NCBI RefSeq assembly: GCF_000150275.1
Contig: NW_002060945.1
Span: 6,135,246-6,199,245 of the forward strand
Source: Trichoplax adhaerens
Lineage: Eukaryota; Animalia; Placozoa
Length of the DNA: 64,000 nucleotides
Direction of reading: 5' to 3'
Shown here: positions 31,890-46,700 of the stretch, in pieces
How positions within the stretch are numbered: the stretch's first letter is position 1
Layout of the letters: each line of letters starts with the position of its first letter
Program-made: the position numbers and the translations under genes
The notes under the pieces: model-generated
Told to the model about the DNA's origin: nothing
The model's input: the letters and a program-made list of their open reading frames with translations, nothing else
Databases searched by the model: none

Positions 31890-32807
31890 CTACACCCCCG
31901 TAGTCCGTGGCTGGGCGAAGTGACGCGTCCATTGCTGTGGTGTACAGTACAGTGTACAGTACTGTTTAGTACTGTATGACGGAACTGTACACTGTACAGA
32001 ATTGTACTTTATGTCTCATCTTCACGTCAGCCATGTGAGATCGGATCATGGTGATGATGTACTGCATAGTGTACAGTAACGGTGTGAAACAGATGTCGAA
32101 GCAGTGAAGGCGACCACTGCAGCTATAGCATAAAGACTTGACATGGCGAGTGTGTTATTTTTGCGACATCTACACCCCCGTAGTCCGTGGCTGGGCGAAT
32201 TGACGCGTCCATTGCTGTGGTGTACAGTGTACAGTACTTTTTAGTACTGTAGTATGACGGAACTGTACACTGTACAGTATTGTACAGTACTGTACTGTAC
32301 TGTACAGTATGTCTCATGGGTGACTCTCATCTTCACGTCAGCCATGTGAGATCGGATCATGGTGAGATGACAGGTTGTATGTCCCAGTGGTGATGTACAG
32401 CATAGTGTAGAGTAACGGTGTAAAACACATGTTGGGGCAGTAAAGGCGACCATTGCAGCTATAGCATAAAGACTTGACATGGCGAGTGTGTTATTTTTGC
32501 GACATCTACACCCCTGTAGTCCGTGGCTGGGCGAAGTGACGCGTCCATTGCTGTGGTGTACAGTGTACAGTACTTTTTAGTACTGTATGACGGAACTGTA
32601 CACTGTACAGAATTGTACTGTATGTCTCATGGGTGACTCTCATCTTCACGTCAGCCATGTGAGATCGGATGACAGGTTGTGTGTCCCAGTGGTGATGTAC
32701 AGCATAGTGTACAGTAACGGTGTAAAACAGATGTCGGGGCAGTGAAGGCGACCATTGCAACTATAGCATAAAGACTTGACATGGCGAGTGTGTTATTTTT
32801 GCGACAT
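31890..32807. repeat. Three tandem copies of a ~300-bp unit (280, 336 and 302 bp)
   Basis: Units start at 31890, 32170 and 32506 with CTACACCCC(C/T)GTAGTCCGTGGCTGGGCGAA and end GACTTGACATGGCGAGTGTGTTATTTTTGCGACAT. Length differences come from GTACT/GTACA microrepeats and short deletions in unit 1. Confidence 0.95.
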
Positions 32808-33152
32808 CTATTTTACACACGGCTAGTAGGTCAGGCACATGGTTCAGCGCATAACACAACTGGACAGTCTATACCAGCGCTGGAAACAATCATCTTGTTC
32901 AGGGACTTGTATGAAAGTACACCTACTCTGGTAGAGTCCATGATAAGACGATTGCATAGCGATCGGTTTGATCAAAGCCTCAACACAGCAGAGCTGCTCC
33001 AGCATCTTCAATCCTATTTTAGCTCATTGCAGGGAAAGAGTGTTGGTTATTTGCAATCAAGGACGTTAAAAGGCCAAAAGGATTGTATTGGACAGGTAGA
33101 ACATATTAAAATTAAATCGACGGTTAGCGCAATGATACACATGATCGAATAG
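32781..33152 (+). CDS. Orphan 123-aa ORF immediately upstream of MPP10 (possible uORF or separate small gene)
   Basis: ACATGG start context; uninterrupted 123 codons; stop 93 bp before the MPP10 ATG. No recognisable family, and no frame-compatible splice to MPP10 found. Confidence 0.3.
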   Translation: MASVLFLRHLFYTRLVGQAHGSAHNTTGQSIPALETIILFRDLYESTPTLVESMIRRLHSDRFDQSLNTAELLQHLQSYFSSLQGKSVGYLQSRTLKGQKDCIGQVEHIKIKSTVSAMIHMIE

Positions 33153-33245
33153 TGTCAATTTGCAATGTCGTTTTGCTTAATGGAGCTGTAAATAAAGGAG
33201 AATAATATTGCAAAGTTGGGATAGTATGCAGGATAAACATGTAGA

Positions 33246-35419
33246 ATGAGCAAAATGACAACACGTACAACAGAGATGGCCGATATTACAAGTATTTTAC
33301 AATCCTTTAATCAAGTTGTTGACGATAAAACTGTCTTTATTAATCATGATATCAATACCAATGCCAAGTTATTGCAATGTACCAAAGCATTATTCGATTT
33401 TATCAAGCAAAATGAAATCGATAAAGATAAATTATCACCTTTAAAGGAGTTGATCATTGACAACTTTACTCATGAGCAGATTTGGCAAGAATTACAATTA
33501 CAAAATCAGCCTTTATTCAAAATTTTAACCAAGAATTTAAAGAGATTATCGCAAGATCGTAACTGGCGATTAATGCTTGCCAATGATGACCCACCAGAGA
33601 TGAATAGTCAAGGAAATTCGGCCGATAGTGACGTCGAGGATGAAGAATCCATGGATCATGATAATGATAATGCAGAGAAATCCAAAAGGGTACGATTTGA
33701 TATCGATAGTGCAAACACCCTGGAGAGCTCAGTCACAAAGAGCGAAAAGGGAAATAAATTGAAAAAGAAGAGCGCGGTCGATGATCAGTTCTTTAAATTA
33801 GATCAAATGAATCAGTTTTTACAATTAGAAGAGCAAAAGATCAATGATCAAACTCAAAATCATCTCCAAGATGATGCTGATGACGATGATGATATAGATA
33901 TGTTCGCTGATGTGGACAGCGAGGACGATCAAGACTGGGAACAGGCTATACGCCAAACTGCAAAGTTGGTCGGTAAAAGTAAGACGAGTAGTGACAAAAA
34001 TAAGAAAGAAATCAAATATGAGGATTTTTTTGATCCACCACCGGATGAAGAAAGCTCTATTGGTAAGAAAAGTAAAGGAGCCAGCATGCAATTAAAGGAT
34101 ATCGATCATAACCTATCGGATTCCCAAGATGATAATGACTTTGAAGATGAAGTTGATTTAAGTTTAAACGCCACTTTTGGCGATGATGATGATGATGATG
34201 ATAACAGTGATATCCAATATGATGATGCGTCGGACGAGAAGGAAAATGAGAAACTTTCTATGCATCAAAAGCGTCAAGATCAATTGAAAGCTGTCATATC
34301 AGATTACGAAGAAGCTAGTTTAATGGATAAACCTTGGCAGTTGCATGGCGAAGTATCAGCTCGTCAACGACCAGCAAATAGTTTACTGGAGGAAGACTTA
34401 ATTTTTGATATTGCAGCCAATAAAACTCCTGTGATAACAGAAGAGAAGTCGTTGACTTTGGAAGATGTTATAAAGCAAAGAATTAAAGATGAAGCATGGG
34501 ATGATGTCCAACGTAAAGAAAAACCGATGGAGCAACCTTTTGAATATAGAAAAAGGATTGAATTGGATCATGAAAAGAGTAAATTGAGTTTAAGTGAAAT
34601 TTACGAAAAGGAATATCTTAAACAAACACAAGGTGTTAAAGTACAAGAGAAGCCGGAAATTACTGAAGGCAAAGAATTAATGAAGAGTTTGTTTGCGAAA
34701 TTAGATGCCTTATCCAATTTTCATTTTACCCCTAAGCCGGTAAGTATGCTTTGCTTGCTTACATCGGTATCACTATAGATACGTTTAAAGTTGATTTTTT
34801 CTTGAACTATTACATTTGCATGGAATACTTTTATTACTCTGCTACTGTTTTGTTAAGCAAATGAACAAACGCGTATGATTTTCCTTACGAACAGTAAGTA
34901 ATTGTATTTTTTTGTCAATTATTGAATCAACAGCCAAAGAAAGAGATTGAAGTGGTTGTTAATGCACCTGCTATAAGTATGGAAGAGGTTGCACCAGTAA
35001 GCGTTAGCGATGCAGCTTTATTAGCACCTGAAGAAGTCAAAGCAAAGTCTAGATCGGAATTGAAGGGAGAAAGTGAGAAAACTACCACTGATAAATTACG
35101 AGAAAGAAAATTGAGAAAGAAAAGTAAAAAATTAAGATTTAAAGAAATGAGTCAGAAAAACAAGTCTTTAGCAAAAGTGAATATTGGCCGTGGTAGTAAA
35201 CACGATAAAAAGGAAGCTATACAACGCTTGAAAAAAGAAGGCGGTTTAAATAGTGTTAGTATTGTTGATGATCGAAATAGTAGTAAAAGTAGAAAGACAC
35301 TGTCATCAACTACCTTTTTTGATAAATTACAAAAAGAAGCCAAGCGAGATGTTGAAGGTAGAACTGCTAAGAGAACAAGTGTTAAGAGGAAGTTGACCGC
35401 CGCATCTCTTAAACTGTAA
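33246..35419 (+). CDS. MPHOSPH10: U3 snoRNP protein Mpp10
   Basis: Exons 33246-34739 and 34934-35419. Motifs EQIWQELQLQN, DDQFFKL, YEDFFDPP, KPWQLHGEVSARQRPANSLLE, PVITEE, IKQRIKDEAWDDV, LDHEKSKLSLSEIYEKEY, LDALSNFHFTPKP, PAISMEEVAP, LLAPEE, C-terminal LKL. Confidence 0.96.
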
Positions 35420-36653
35420 ATTATACTTCAAATTCCCGTAGTTAATTGTGTTACTTATCTTATGGCTAAAGGGAGCATAATGTTCTTGTTAAACTATAAA
35501 ATGAAAACTTAGTACATACACGTACAGTATGCTGTACATGTCAACTACAACTTACGATAATATCGTGCATTACGGTTAACTTTGATAAAATAATTCTTTT
35601 ATCAGGCGTATTAATGATGCAGATGTATCCGTTTTGATTCAATAAACTATATTAGTGAGCCTGGCGATCATGTCGTATTTTTACGAACACGTGTATGCCG
35701 GATACACGTATTTTGCTCGCTAACGCTACCTTCTTTCCATTGTATGAAAGGGGCTTGATTAGACATAATCTAAAGTTTAAAATTATCCAATTTGTATATC
35801 ATCTGTCATTTTGTTTGAATGCTATCAAATTCTATCGTTAAATTTAATATTGGTCATATTAGTAAGTTTCCATGCTTACGATTAAATAAATAGAAAAACT
35901 TTGTTTGAAATAGCCCTTGTTGAATTTTAACTTTAGTACTGTACGTTTGATTGACTACAAATAGCAAACTACGGCCGATAGTGTCAAGTTGGGCTCAAGG
36001 CGTATTAATCATTTCAGCAATCATACTTGTAACGTATTAACTCGTATTTTTGGCCATTAATTTTGTAACGATACACAAAAGTGACAGCTACTATAAGTAG
36101 CATAGTCATGAATGAAAATGACTGCTACATCAGTATGTAACTTTAATGGTGCCAGTTGGATAGTTCTGACTCTAACAGTGTAGTACAAGCTTTGATCCAG
36201 TTGCAGTAGTGATTTTGTCATCTATATCTAGATTTGCTATCAGCACAGGACAAGAAGTACGTTTGAATCAATTTTTTATACTTGACGTATAAATTTAAAT
36301 ATTTATTAATTATTAGGTTAAGGCAGTGCATACTGCTTACTTAGTTTTGTCTGTCATAACAGTAAGTAAATAATTTGCGGTTAGAAATAATTTCAATAAA
36401 AATGATTTTTAACGTTGTACTGTACAAAGCAAAATGACTCGTATGCATAGCTGTATCTTTTATCTAACCCTATCACAAATGTTTATAATAGTTTGTCACG
36501 ATGTTTGCTATATGTTAAAAGAATATAGTGTATATTACATGAAGCATAATCAAATTATAGCAATATCAATGGACAATTATTAAAACTTTTGCGTAAATTA
36601 GCAACGTGGAGAACTTATGCCTAGAACAAATTATCGTCGGCATTAATCCATAT

Positions 36654-39108
<2,455 letters not shown>

Positions 39109-39422
39109 GCTTTCTCATCCATCAATATTGTATACTGTATGCTACAGTAAAGAAAAACAAGCTTTAGGGGGGGGGGTACTGTCTATTGGTGCAGTGTGCA
39201 GTACCTTACGGTATAGTACTGTGTGATACAGTCTTCAGTGTACATGGTACAGTATGAGGCAATCACTATTCTATTCTACAGTATAGTACAGTGGAACTGA
39301 ATGCGGTGCCATATTGCGCAGACGCACATTAATGCAATACAAAACACAGAAGGACAGACAGAACACAAGTTCGTTTTTTGCATGGGGAAACATTTTCTTT
39401 GTGCACATACAGTACTATACGG

Positions 39423-39566
39423 CAGTAAAGACTACTTGATTGAAATCGTCACCTTGTGCATAAAGATTGTCACCTTTATGTAGAAAAGAGAGTTACTCTC
39501 TTAATGGAGTGAAGGTGACAATTTTTATGCAACGGGTATAATTTTTGACTGAGTAGTCCATGACTG
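39423..39566. mobile_element. MITE-like foldback element with ~50-bp degenerate TIRs
   Basis: Left arm GACTACT...TGCATAAAGATTGTCACCTT matches the reverse complement of the right arm AAGGTGACAATTTTTATGCA...AGTAGTC. The right end CATGACTG is followed by TA; internal AAGAGAG-TTA-CTCTCTT palindrome. Confidence 0.6.
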
Positions 39567-39573
39567 TAGCCAT

Positions 39574-39641
39574 GTTGATGTCGATATCCTAATTAAATAC
39601 TCAACGTAAGTCGCTTAATTATTAAAGGTATCGACATCAAC
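39574..39641. repeat. Short inverted repeat
   Basis: GTTGATGTCGATA ... TATCGACATCAAC, perfect 13-bp arms. Confidence 0.7.
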
Positions 39642-39658
39642 CGGATAATTTTTATCAC

Positions 39659-39823
39659 ATTAAATTAATTTTACACTGTATAGGATTGAATGCTGTAAAT
39701 TATTCAATCCACCCTCGTAATATCGAAACAGATACTTTACTGCATTCGATTAATTTTATTTACGGTGTATAGGATTGAACGCTGCAAAGTATTCAATTCG
39801 TCCTCGCAATATTAAATCTAGAT
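39659..39823. repeat. Diverged tandem duplication, period 89 bp
   Basis: TGTATAGGATTGAA(T/C)GCTG(T/C)AAA(T/G)TATTCAAT at 39677 and 39766; each copy carries an ATTGAA...TTCAAT mini-palindrome. Confidence 0.75.
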
Positions 39824-40124
39824 TGATATTGTTTCCATCCTACGACATTGTACAGCGGTAAATTGTCCACGTCAAATTGTCCTAGACCCACAGCCTACGG
39901 CCGTTGACTAATAATTAATTATATGCAATATCTGGGCCCAGTCAGGGATTACTCAACGATTTTCTGCTTTAAGAAGAGACTTAAAAAGAGTCCCTGGCCC
40001 AGTGTGCTGTATACTATGTACAGTACATTACTGTACACGATTTCGAAGAATAACCGAAAAAATCATCTTGCACTAATGGCCGCCGGCGGTCCCCTCTCTT
40101 CTTTTTTACATACTGTACAGTGTA

Positions 40125-40184
40125 CAGTCATGAACTACTAAAATATGATTATTGTAGTGTATTCTGTATTTTAGTAGTCCATGA
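40125..40184. mobile_element. Minimal MITE-like element sharing its terminus with 39423-39566
   Basis: TA|CAGTCATGAACTACTAAAATA ... TATTTTAGTAGTCCATGA; arms match at 17/18. A solo related arm, TCATGGACTAGTAAAATAC, is at 60776-60794. Confidence 0.55.
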
Positions 40185-42359
40185 TACGGTAGTCGATCTT
40201 TCACTCTTGTCTTGGCGTCCCTTTTGCTTTAGCATTATCTTGCTTTCATATGGTACTTACTACCGTACTCGGTCTACGGAACTGTGGCGATAAAAGAAAG
40301 AAAAATAGAAACCTCCATCAACATCAGCATCACAACTATAGTGTTTTCTTTTCTTTTACCTCTAGTACTTTTCATCTAAAGACCAGTACTACAGTACTAT
40401 AAACCACTAAGTGTACAACATGTTTTTTCTTCTTTCTTTGATTTGTATGACTAAGCAGCTTTTCAAATTGGCAGTATTGTAATGGCACATTGCACAGTAT
40501 GTCAACATAAATTTAAAATTTAGAAAGAAAATAAAAAAAATTAAAATGTTGACACCAATTGGAACCGGACAGAAATAAAGGTTGAATTTCCATAAAGATG
40601 GCAATACTGTGCAGTATTATTTTAGAGGCGCATAGTGCACACAACATAACTGCATCTTTTTCTTTTTGTTGTAAAAGCGGTTAATTAGCAAAATCACAGC
40701 TATTCATTGCTCGTGCTATAGTACTGTATAGTATTACGCTTGCATATTGGCCGTACAGTATCATTAGACTACTGTATTGGCAATGGAAAACTTTGATTAT
40801 TTTACGATAAATTTAAATTGAAAGTTTCCAGCAGTCAAACATGCAATTTACTATCTATACCCAAGGACTGCATAGAATATCTGCGTATTACTACGTAATC
40901 CTTTTAATTAAATCATTATTTATTGATTAGAGGTTTCTGTTCGCACAATAGTTATTGATTTAAAGCCATATTGATTTCCTCTTTCCATGACAATAGACCA
41001 ACAATGAATTTCGCCTTACGGTTTCATGCATACAGAAATTTAAAAGGGTTCATTGATTAATTCTAATTCTGGGATTTACATAAGCTAAAAATCGAGTTTT
41101 ATGTTTGCATGAAGGCGATTATAAATTCGTAAGCGTTTTACGTTATTACGTATTAAGGCTCAACTAAACGAAACTGTAAAGTGCGTATATTGGAAAATTG
41201 TTGTTTTTCTACTGTACGTATACAGTACAGCAGAAAGGCTTACAGCCATGATAGAATACTGTATACGCTTAGTGTAAACGGTAAAATAATGATCATCGTC
41301 ATTTAATGACGATTCATTAATGAATTGCCAACAGTTTCGTAACTTATGTGCTTATAGCATACGGGCCATCATCATGTTCATCAACCCCCACACACTTTTA
41401 CGGTATCTTTGTAGGTAACAATCGGCGTGGATTTATGACTCATAAACTACAACGCAATTGTTTAGTCATATGTCTTATTACGATCTTTCTATAAATCTCC
41501 ATGCAAATTATTTGCGTTAGCAAAGAGAAGAAGAATGCTAATACATCAGGCAAATAACTTCGAATTATTGTTCCAAGAAAACATCCAAAGTTGCGGCTAT
41601 AAACTACCACAGCTTGCTAGATACGCTTTTGAGATAATCAATCTAAAAAAATTAGTGTCATTCCCTGAGCTACCCTGGGCTCTATAATACGCATATTTAC
41701 GAATTCGAAGGCTGTTTCATGAAATCCATTTCTACTACAATGTTGACTATTGACATTCCACGGTTATTCTTGATCACACACGCACTATTTCTTAGTTTAC
41801 AATACTATATATATACAGTCTATATATACTGTCAATGCATGTGACGAATAGGCGGTACATGAACTGTTCATTTACCTATTTTCACTTATTAATTCATTTA
41901 TTCATTACAAGTAGAAATGATATAAACAGGTTAAGATTGGAATGATTGCGCCTTGATTTAAGTCATCCACCTACATCAAGTTGAAAGTAATTGTTATGAC
42001 AAGCTCAAGATTAGCTAGCGTTCGATGGAGTAATATACTTTATGTAACGGTAGTAGATACTCTCAAGGTGTTCCATGAGCAAAAGATTTGTCGTTTAGTT
42101 AAGCAAGAAGAGAGTATGATGAATTTATGGTTTGTATTACAGTATAATTATCGCTTTTGATGACTTACAATTTGTGTCAAAATGACGAAGCTGTACTGAT
42201 TTGCATAGCCCACTTTCGGTACTCTCTATTCTACTATATACTTCAACACCGGAATATTAAAAGGGTACTTTATACAGCTGACAATACAATACTGTACAAC
42301 CATGATCATATGCGTAGAAATGACTTCCAAGATGCGATTCATGAATTCAATACACATCT

Positions 42360-42572
42360 ATGAATATAATACCACGTTGTGATTCTTTTAATGCTATAAT
42401 AAAATCAATCAATCCATCACCCCCCAAAATCAAAATTAAATACACTATCCAAAACTATCGAGTATTGCTGGTCTGCCTATCCACGCTCGCTGCTACTTTT
42501 TGTGTAAATATTGGCAACTTAGAAGATCCATTGGAGGAAATGATAGCCATTGCTGATATACGAGCTCTATAA
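42360..42572 (+). pseudogene. Degraded fragment resembling the N-terminus of an M16A peptidase (insulysin/nardilysin family)
   Basis: IIKS...Y..N.RVLLV...AATFCVNIGNLEDP follows the M16A pattern (IIKS...Y....L.NG..VLL.....AA...V..GS..DP). The expected GLAHxxEH zinc motif is absent and the frame ends soon after. Confidence 0.35.
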
Positions 42573-42741
42573 TCTGTTGTGAAATTTTGAATAAATGCAT
42601 GGGTTATGATCGACTGCGAGTCAGATGGAATTCATTTTTTTTTTCTTTCTATTTGCGGGCTTGTAGTTTCAGTCATTGTATCACGTTATTCGAGATTTGG
42701 TCAATTTTAATCGTTCCAATTTGGAGTTTAGTATTGTAAAC

Positions 42742-43137
42742 CCATTGACTACACAGAGATTGTAGGCTTTGGCAAGCCAGCCAGCATCGAGATAAATGGA
42801 ATATCTCGATGTCCATCTCAGAGTCAATTGGTCACGATGATGATTCAATTTCTCCATGTTGAAAATCATTTCTAGTCCCTATTATTCGTCCTATGGGGAT
42901 TACTTCAAAATGGAAAATCCACCAGTATCACTACCTACTTTTAGTGCCCACTGTAGGACGAATAACAAACACTTTTGTAGCCATCATCCCACGTTAATGG
43001 CAAGAAACCAACAGCGAGCCATTAATGCTCTGTCCACATACGGCGTTTGGCGTACGTCATTTTTCTCCATGACAATACCCGTAGAAATGAGTCTTGCAGT
43101 GAAATGCACTGTAGGACGGGCAAGGATGACGATTACG
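42742..43137 (+). ncRNA. Unassigned highly structured RNA candidate or structured leader upstream of DENND4
   Basis: Helices: 42785-94/42802-11 (10 bp), 42882-96/42951-65 (15 bp), 42992-43001/43018-27 (10 bp), 43055-63/43123-31 (9 bp), 43092-101/43107-16 (10 bp). The seven non-Watson-Crick positions are all G-U on the + strand. Confidence 0.45.
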
Positions 43138-43787
43138 ATCAGCTACTCAAACAGCAAGTTTGATTGCTAGCTCTTGACTATGGTGGCCACGGATGACTTC
43201 AGCTTCGTCGTGCTGCAGTATAAACTACTCTCGATTCACAGTACTAAGTACTGTAAGTAGTGTGGGTATAAAACCGTCCAGATTGCACTTCCTGTTCAGG
43301 TCTGGCGTTTCTCCAAGTCCCGCATTCACTGCATTTTACGGCATAGAATTATTAATTGGTAGAATAAATAAATTAATGCTATTGCTAGCCATTGAAAGAT
43401 CTTGATTCATAGAAGACTTTGGAACGATGACTGCGATTAAAAGAGTATCAACATGATCCAATTTGACTGGTATCGATCTTTTGATAGGGTATCCATGGAT
43501 TTTTAAATTGACTGAGAATAGATATTATTCGTCAGTCTTGGACTTTGGTAATTTTTTTTCCGCTATAGACGTCGCTAGTACTGGATGCAATGGCCTTGTT
43601 GAATTGGAGTAGATCGTACAAATTATTGTTGAATTAACGCCTAGTCATCACTGAATTTTCAATTACTATATTATCACTACCAGTTCTCATTGATATCTGG
43701 TCTATCGCTCTTCAAGTCAATATCATTCAACGTACATTACGAGCCGATACTGGATGGGAAGAAAAGCTTAATTGATTGGATATCAAG

Positions 43788-46700
43788 ATGGCGTATCAAT
43801 CAAGAAGAGCACAACGTATTGCCGATTATTTTGTTATGGTAGGATTGCAAAATACAGACAGCCCGATGCAAGAACGTGAATGTAATGAGACTTTAGGCAA
43901 TACCGTTGTCCCCAGGCCTACTGAACCCATCACCGATATTACTGTTATTTGTAGAAGTGTTGGAGAAGATGTACCTCCAGGTAGGAGAGTTGTATTCTTC
44001 TCTCACCATCAACGCGTAGTAGTCAAATAACTTGATTAGTATTGTAAATGGAAACGCTTCAACAACATGTAATACAATCTATTTCACCTGGAAAAGAAAT
44101 ACGACTGTGCTTTCTGTTATTTGATGCTATTCAATGAATTGTTTAATTTTATTGATACTCCATTTACTGCAGTAACTACATTTTGACAGTTTCCATTATT
44201 AGTTGCCATATATCACGGGCAATAAATACTCAGCAAAGTAAACCGGCGTACGTGTATTTACAAGTCCTGAAGGCATACGCGTATTACCAGTGCTTCTTTC
44301 ATTTTTCACATTATTTTCTTCTTTTTTTGGGGGGGGGGAATTTAACTTCAAATCATTTCATGACCTTGTACATAGAATGGAAAAGTTAGTAAAAGTCAAA
44401 AAATGAAGGAAGCTGCATTTCCCCAGATTTTATAATTTAACAACTGTGAAACAAGCAGAAACAGACGGCTTGTAATGTATTGTGCTCCAGTGCGTAAACT
44501 TAGATGAATATCTTTTGTATCCCACGGTCAAGGTTATACCTGCGTAGAAAATACTTTAAGTGGGTATGCTGCTGATCTCAATTATGGTAGCTTCCGCGGC
44601 TTTTCTTATTACCTTTGCTTCCGTCGTGGCACCGATGAACCTCCTATAACCGATATTAGGTAAAAAAAATTGTACTACCTTCTCGTAAATTGAAAGTAGA
44701 AAAGAAATGCTATTATCCTATCCTTAATTCAGCACACACTGCGGTAGAATGGGTTCCCACGATAATTACTTAGCTGTTATAAACTTGAATTTCCCTCCTA
44801 CCATTATTTTCATTTCCCTGATAATGGTAATATGGCAATTTTCCACTACAATTGTTTTCATCTTATTCATCTTTTAATGCGAATAGTGTTTACTATGGTG
44901 GTAAAGAGAAACTACCTAGTGGCTATCAAATAGTTAAGACGACGGCATATGGGAGATCAGCAGATTTGAATTATAAGTCTAAGCCGTCCACATTCTTGGC
45001 ATTTCGCCGTGCCGCTTCAGCTGGTGGACATAATCAGTTAGCAATTACAAGTATTGGTGTTGTACTCAGCAGCAAGGTATCAAGAGGGAAAATTACTTTT
45101 AAAATAATTATGGAACAGGAATAACATCTACAATCAAACAGTATAGTTCATTTTTTCTTCATTTAAAAAAAATGAATTTATTCTTATTATTATGTATTAG
45201 GGAGAAAGTCCACCGCATACATTCCATATAGTAAAAAGATGTCTTAACAAAAGCATTGTAAGATTAACAGCTTTAGTTGTTTACAAATCTTCAAGTTGGA
45301 TTATAAATACGCTATGTAACCCTATATGCAAAGATACAGCACACCTAGAACGCTTTGAGACTTATTATACTGTATGTTTAATTTTTTGTATAACAGATTG
45401 GATCTGAAGTTCATCTTTGCTACAATAAAGCCATAGTACAAGCTCGTTCAATTCGCTACAAAGCAGGTTCGCATTAATTAATGTTGATATTAACGTCATT
45501 CATCAAGGCAATTTACGACTTCGTTGAACGTATCGCTTGGATATAAAACCGACATTGATTTTAATTTAATCTTAATATTAGACGTACTAAGTCGATACCC
45601 TTTAAAGGATCATAGCTGGTTTGCTCTGCCAGATAGTGTTGTTTTATTTTGTCTGCCTATGGGAGCTGTTGTTGAGTATTGGTCAGACCATGCCGTTCAT
45701 CCATTACCGATGTTTTCAACGTTTGCTCTAACTCAGGAATCGGGTGATAAGGTATCGGCAAATCGTATGATGTACTGTACTCTACTCTACTTATTAAATG
45801 TATGATGGATAATTAAAAATTAATGTAATATGAAAGTCTTGATTTACCTTCCTATTTTACCATATTTCAATACTATTTAAAATTTAATTAGGTATATGGT
45901 GCTGCTGTAACATTTTATGAACAATTACCGTCTGATATGTGGACACCATATATGGAACGAGTTTTTAAGGTAAAGAAATTGATTCACCGTTAGTAATTAC
46001 AGTAATGCATTCCAACGTTTACTGTAATATTATTAAGTACGGTTATTGCAACTTATCAAAAGACATTTCATTCTGTTTGCCTACTGCTTACAGAAATCCG
46101 ATCCTAAGCAAGCCTATGCGACTAAGTGTATTTGTCTTCTATCTCATTGGCCTTTTTTTGATACTTTTCGGTGGTTTTTACGTAATCTTTATAGAATATC
46201 TGTATCTGCACAAACTGAGATTCCAATCGAAAGGTATTAAAACTATTATACTTTGCTTGTAAAGAACCACGTAACCTAGCATAGAATTTTATGAATATTA
46301 AAATTCTTATGTATATACAAACTATTGTAACCAATGTTTTATGGGATTTCATCAGGTATGTAACCCATTTTATGGATGCTGTACCATTTCCACCACCCGA
46401 TCGACCACAGATATTGTTGCAGGTACGATGGAAGTCTTATTTATAAAGTACCATACCGTTGATGTAATGGTTACAATTACATCTCATTTACAGATGGGTC
46501 ATGAAAAGCATTATTTGCAAAGGCCTGTCGATTCTCCTTTACCATTAAGGTTAAGTAATGACGATCGTATGCATATTATTACAAGGAATATTATTGACAC
46601 AGTACTTGACCTTACCATCTCACAAGTTTATAAAGAAAATTTTTTGATACATACTTTTATTCTATTACAGTGGTGCTTCCTTTATTAATTTCTTACGCTG

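Noticed and set aside
31890-32807. CRISPR array or coding repeats
   Set aside because: Units are about 300 bp with no unique spacers in a eukaryotic context; the minus-strand ORFs in the track are by-products of the repeat.
43086-43121. SECIS-like stem (ATGA, 11-bp helix, AAA loop)
   Set aside because: The 3' side reads CGGG rather than NGAN, so the tandem G-A quartet is incomplete, and no upstream selenoprotein ORF is evident.
42681-43170. RNase MRP/P or U3 assignment, and track ORFs 42856-43170 and 42681-42869
   Set aside because: Only loose partial motif matches with wrong spacing or strand; the ORFs resemble no protein I recognise.
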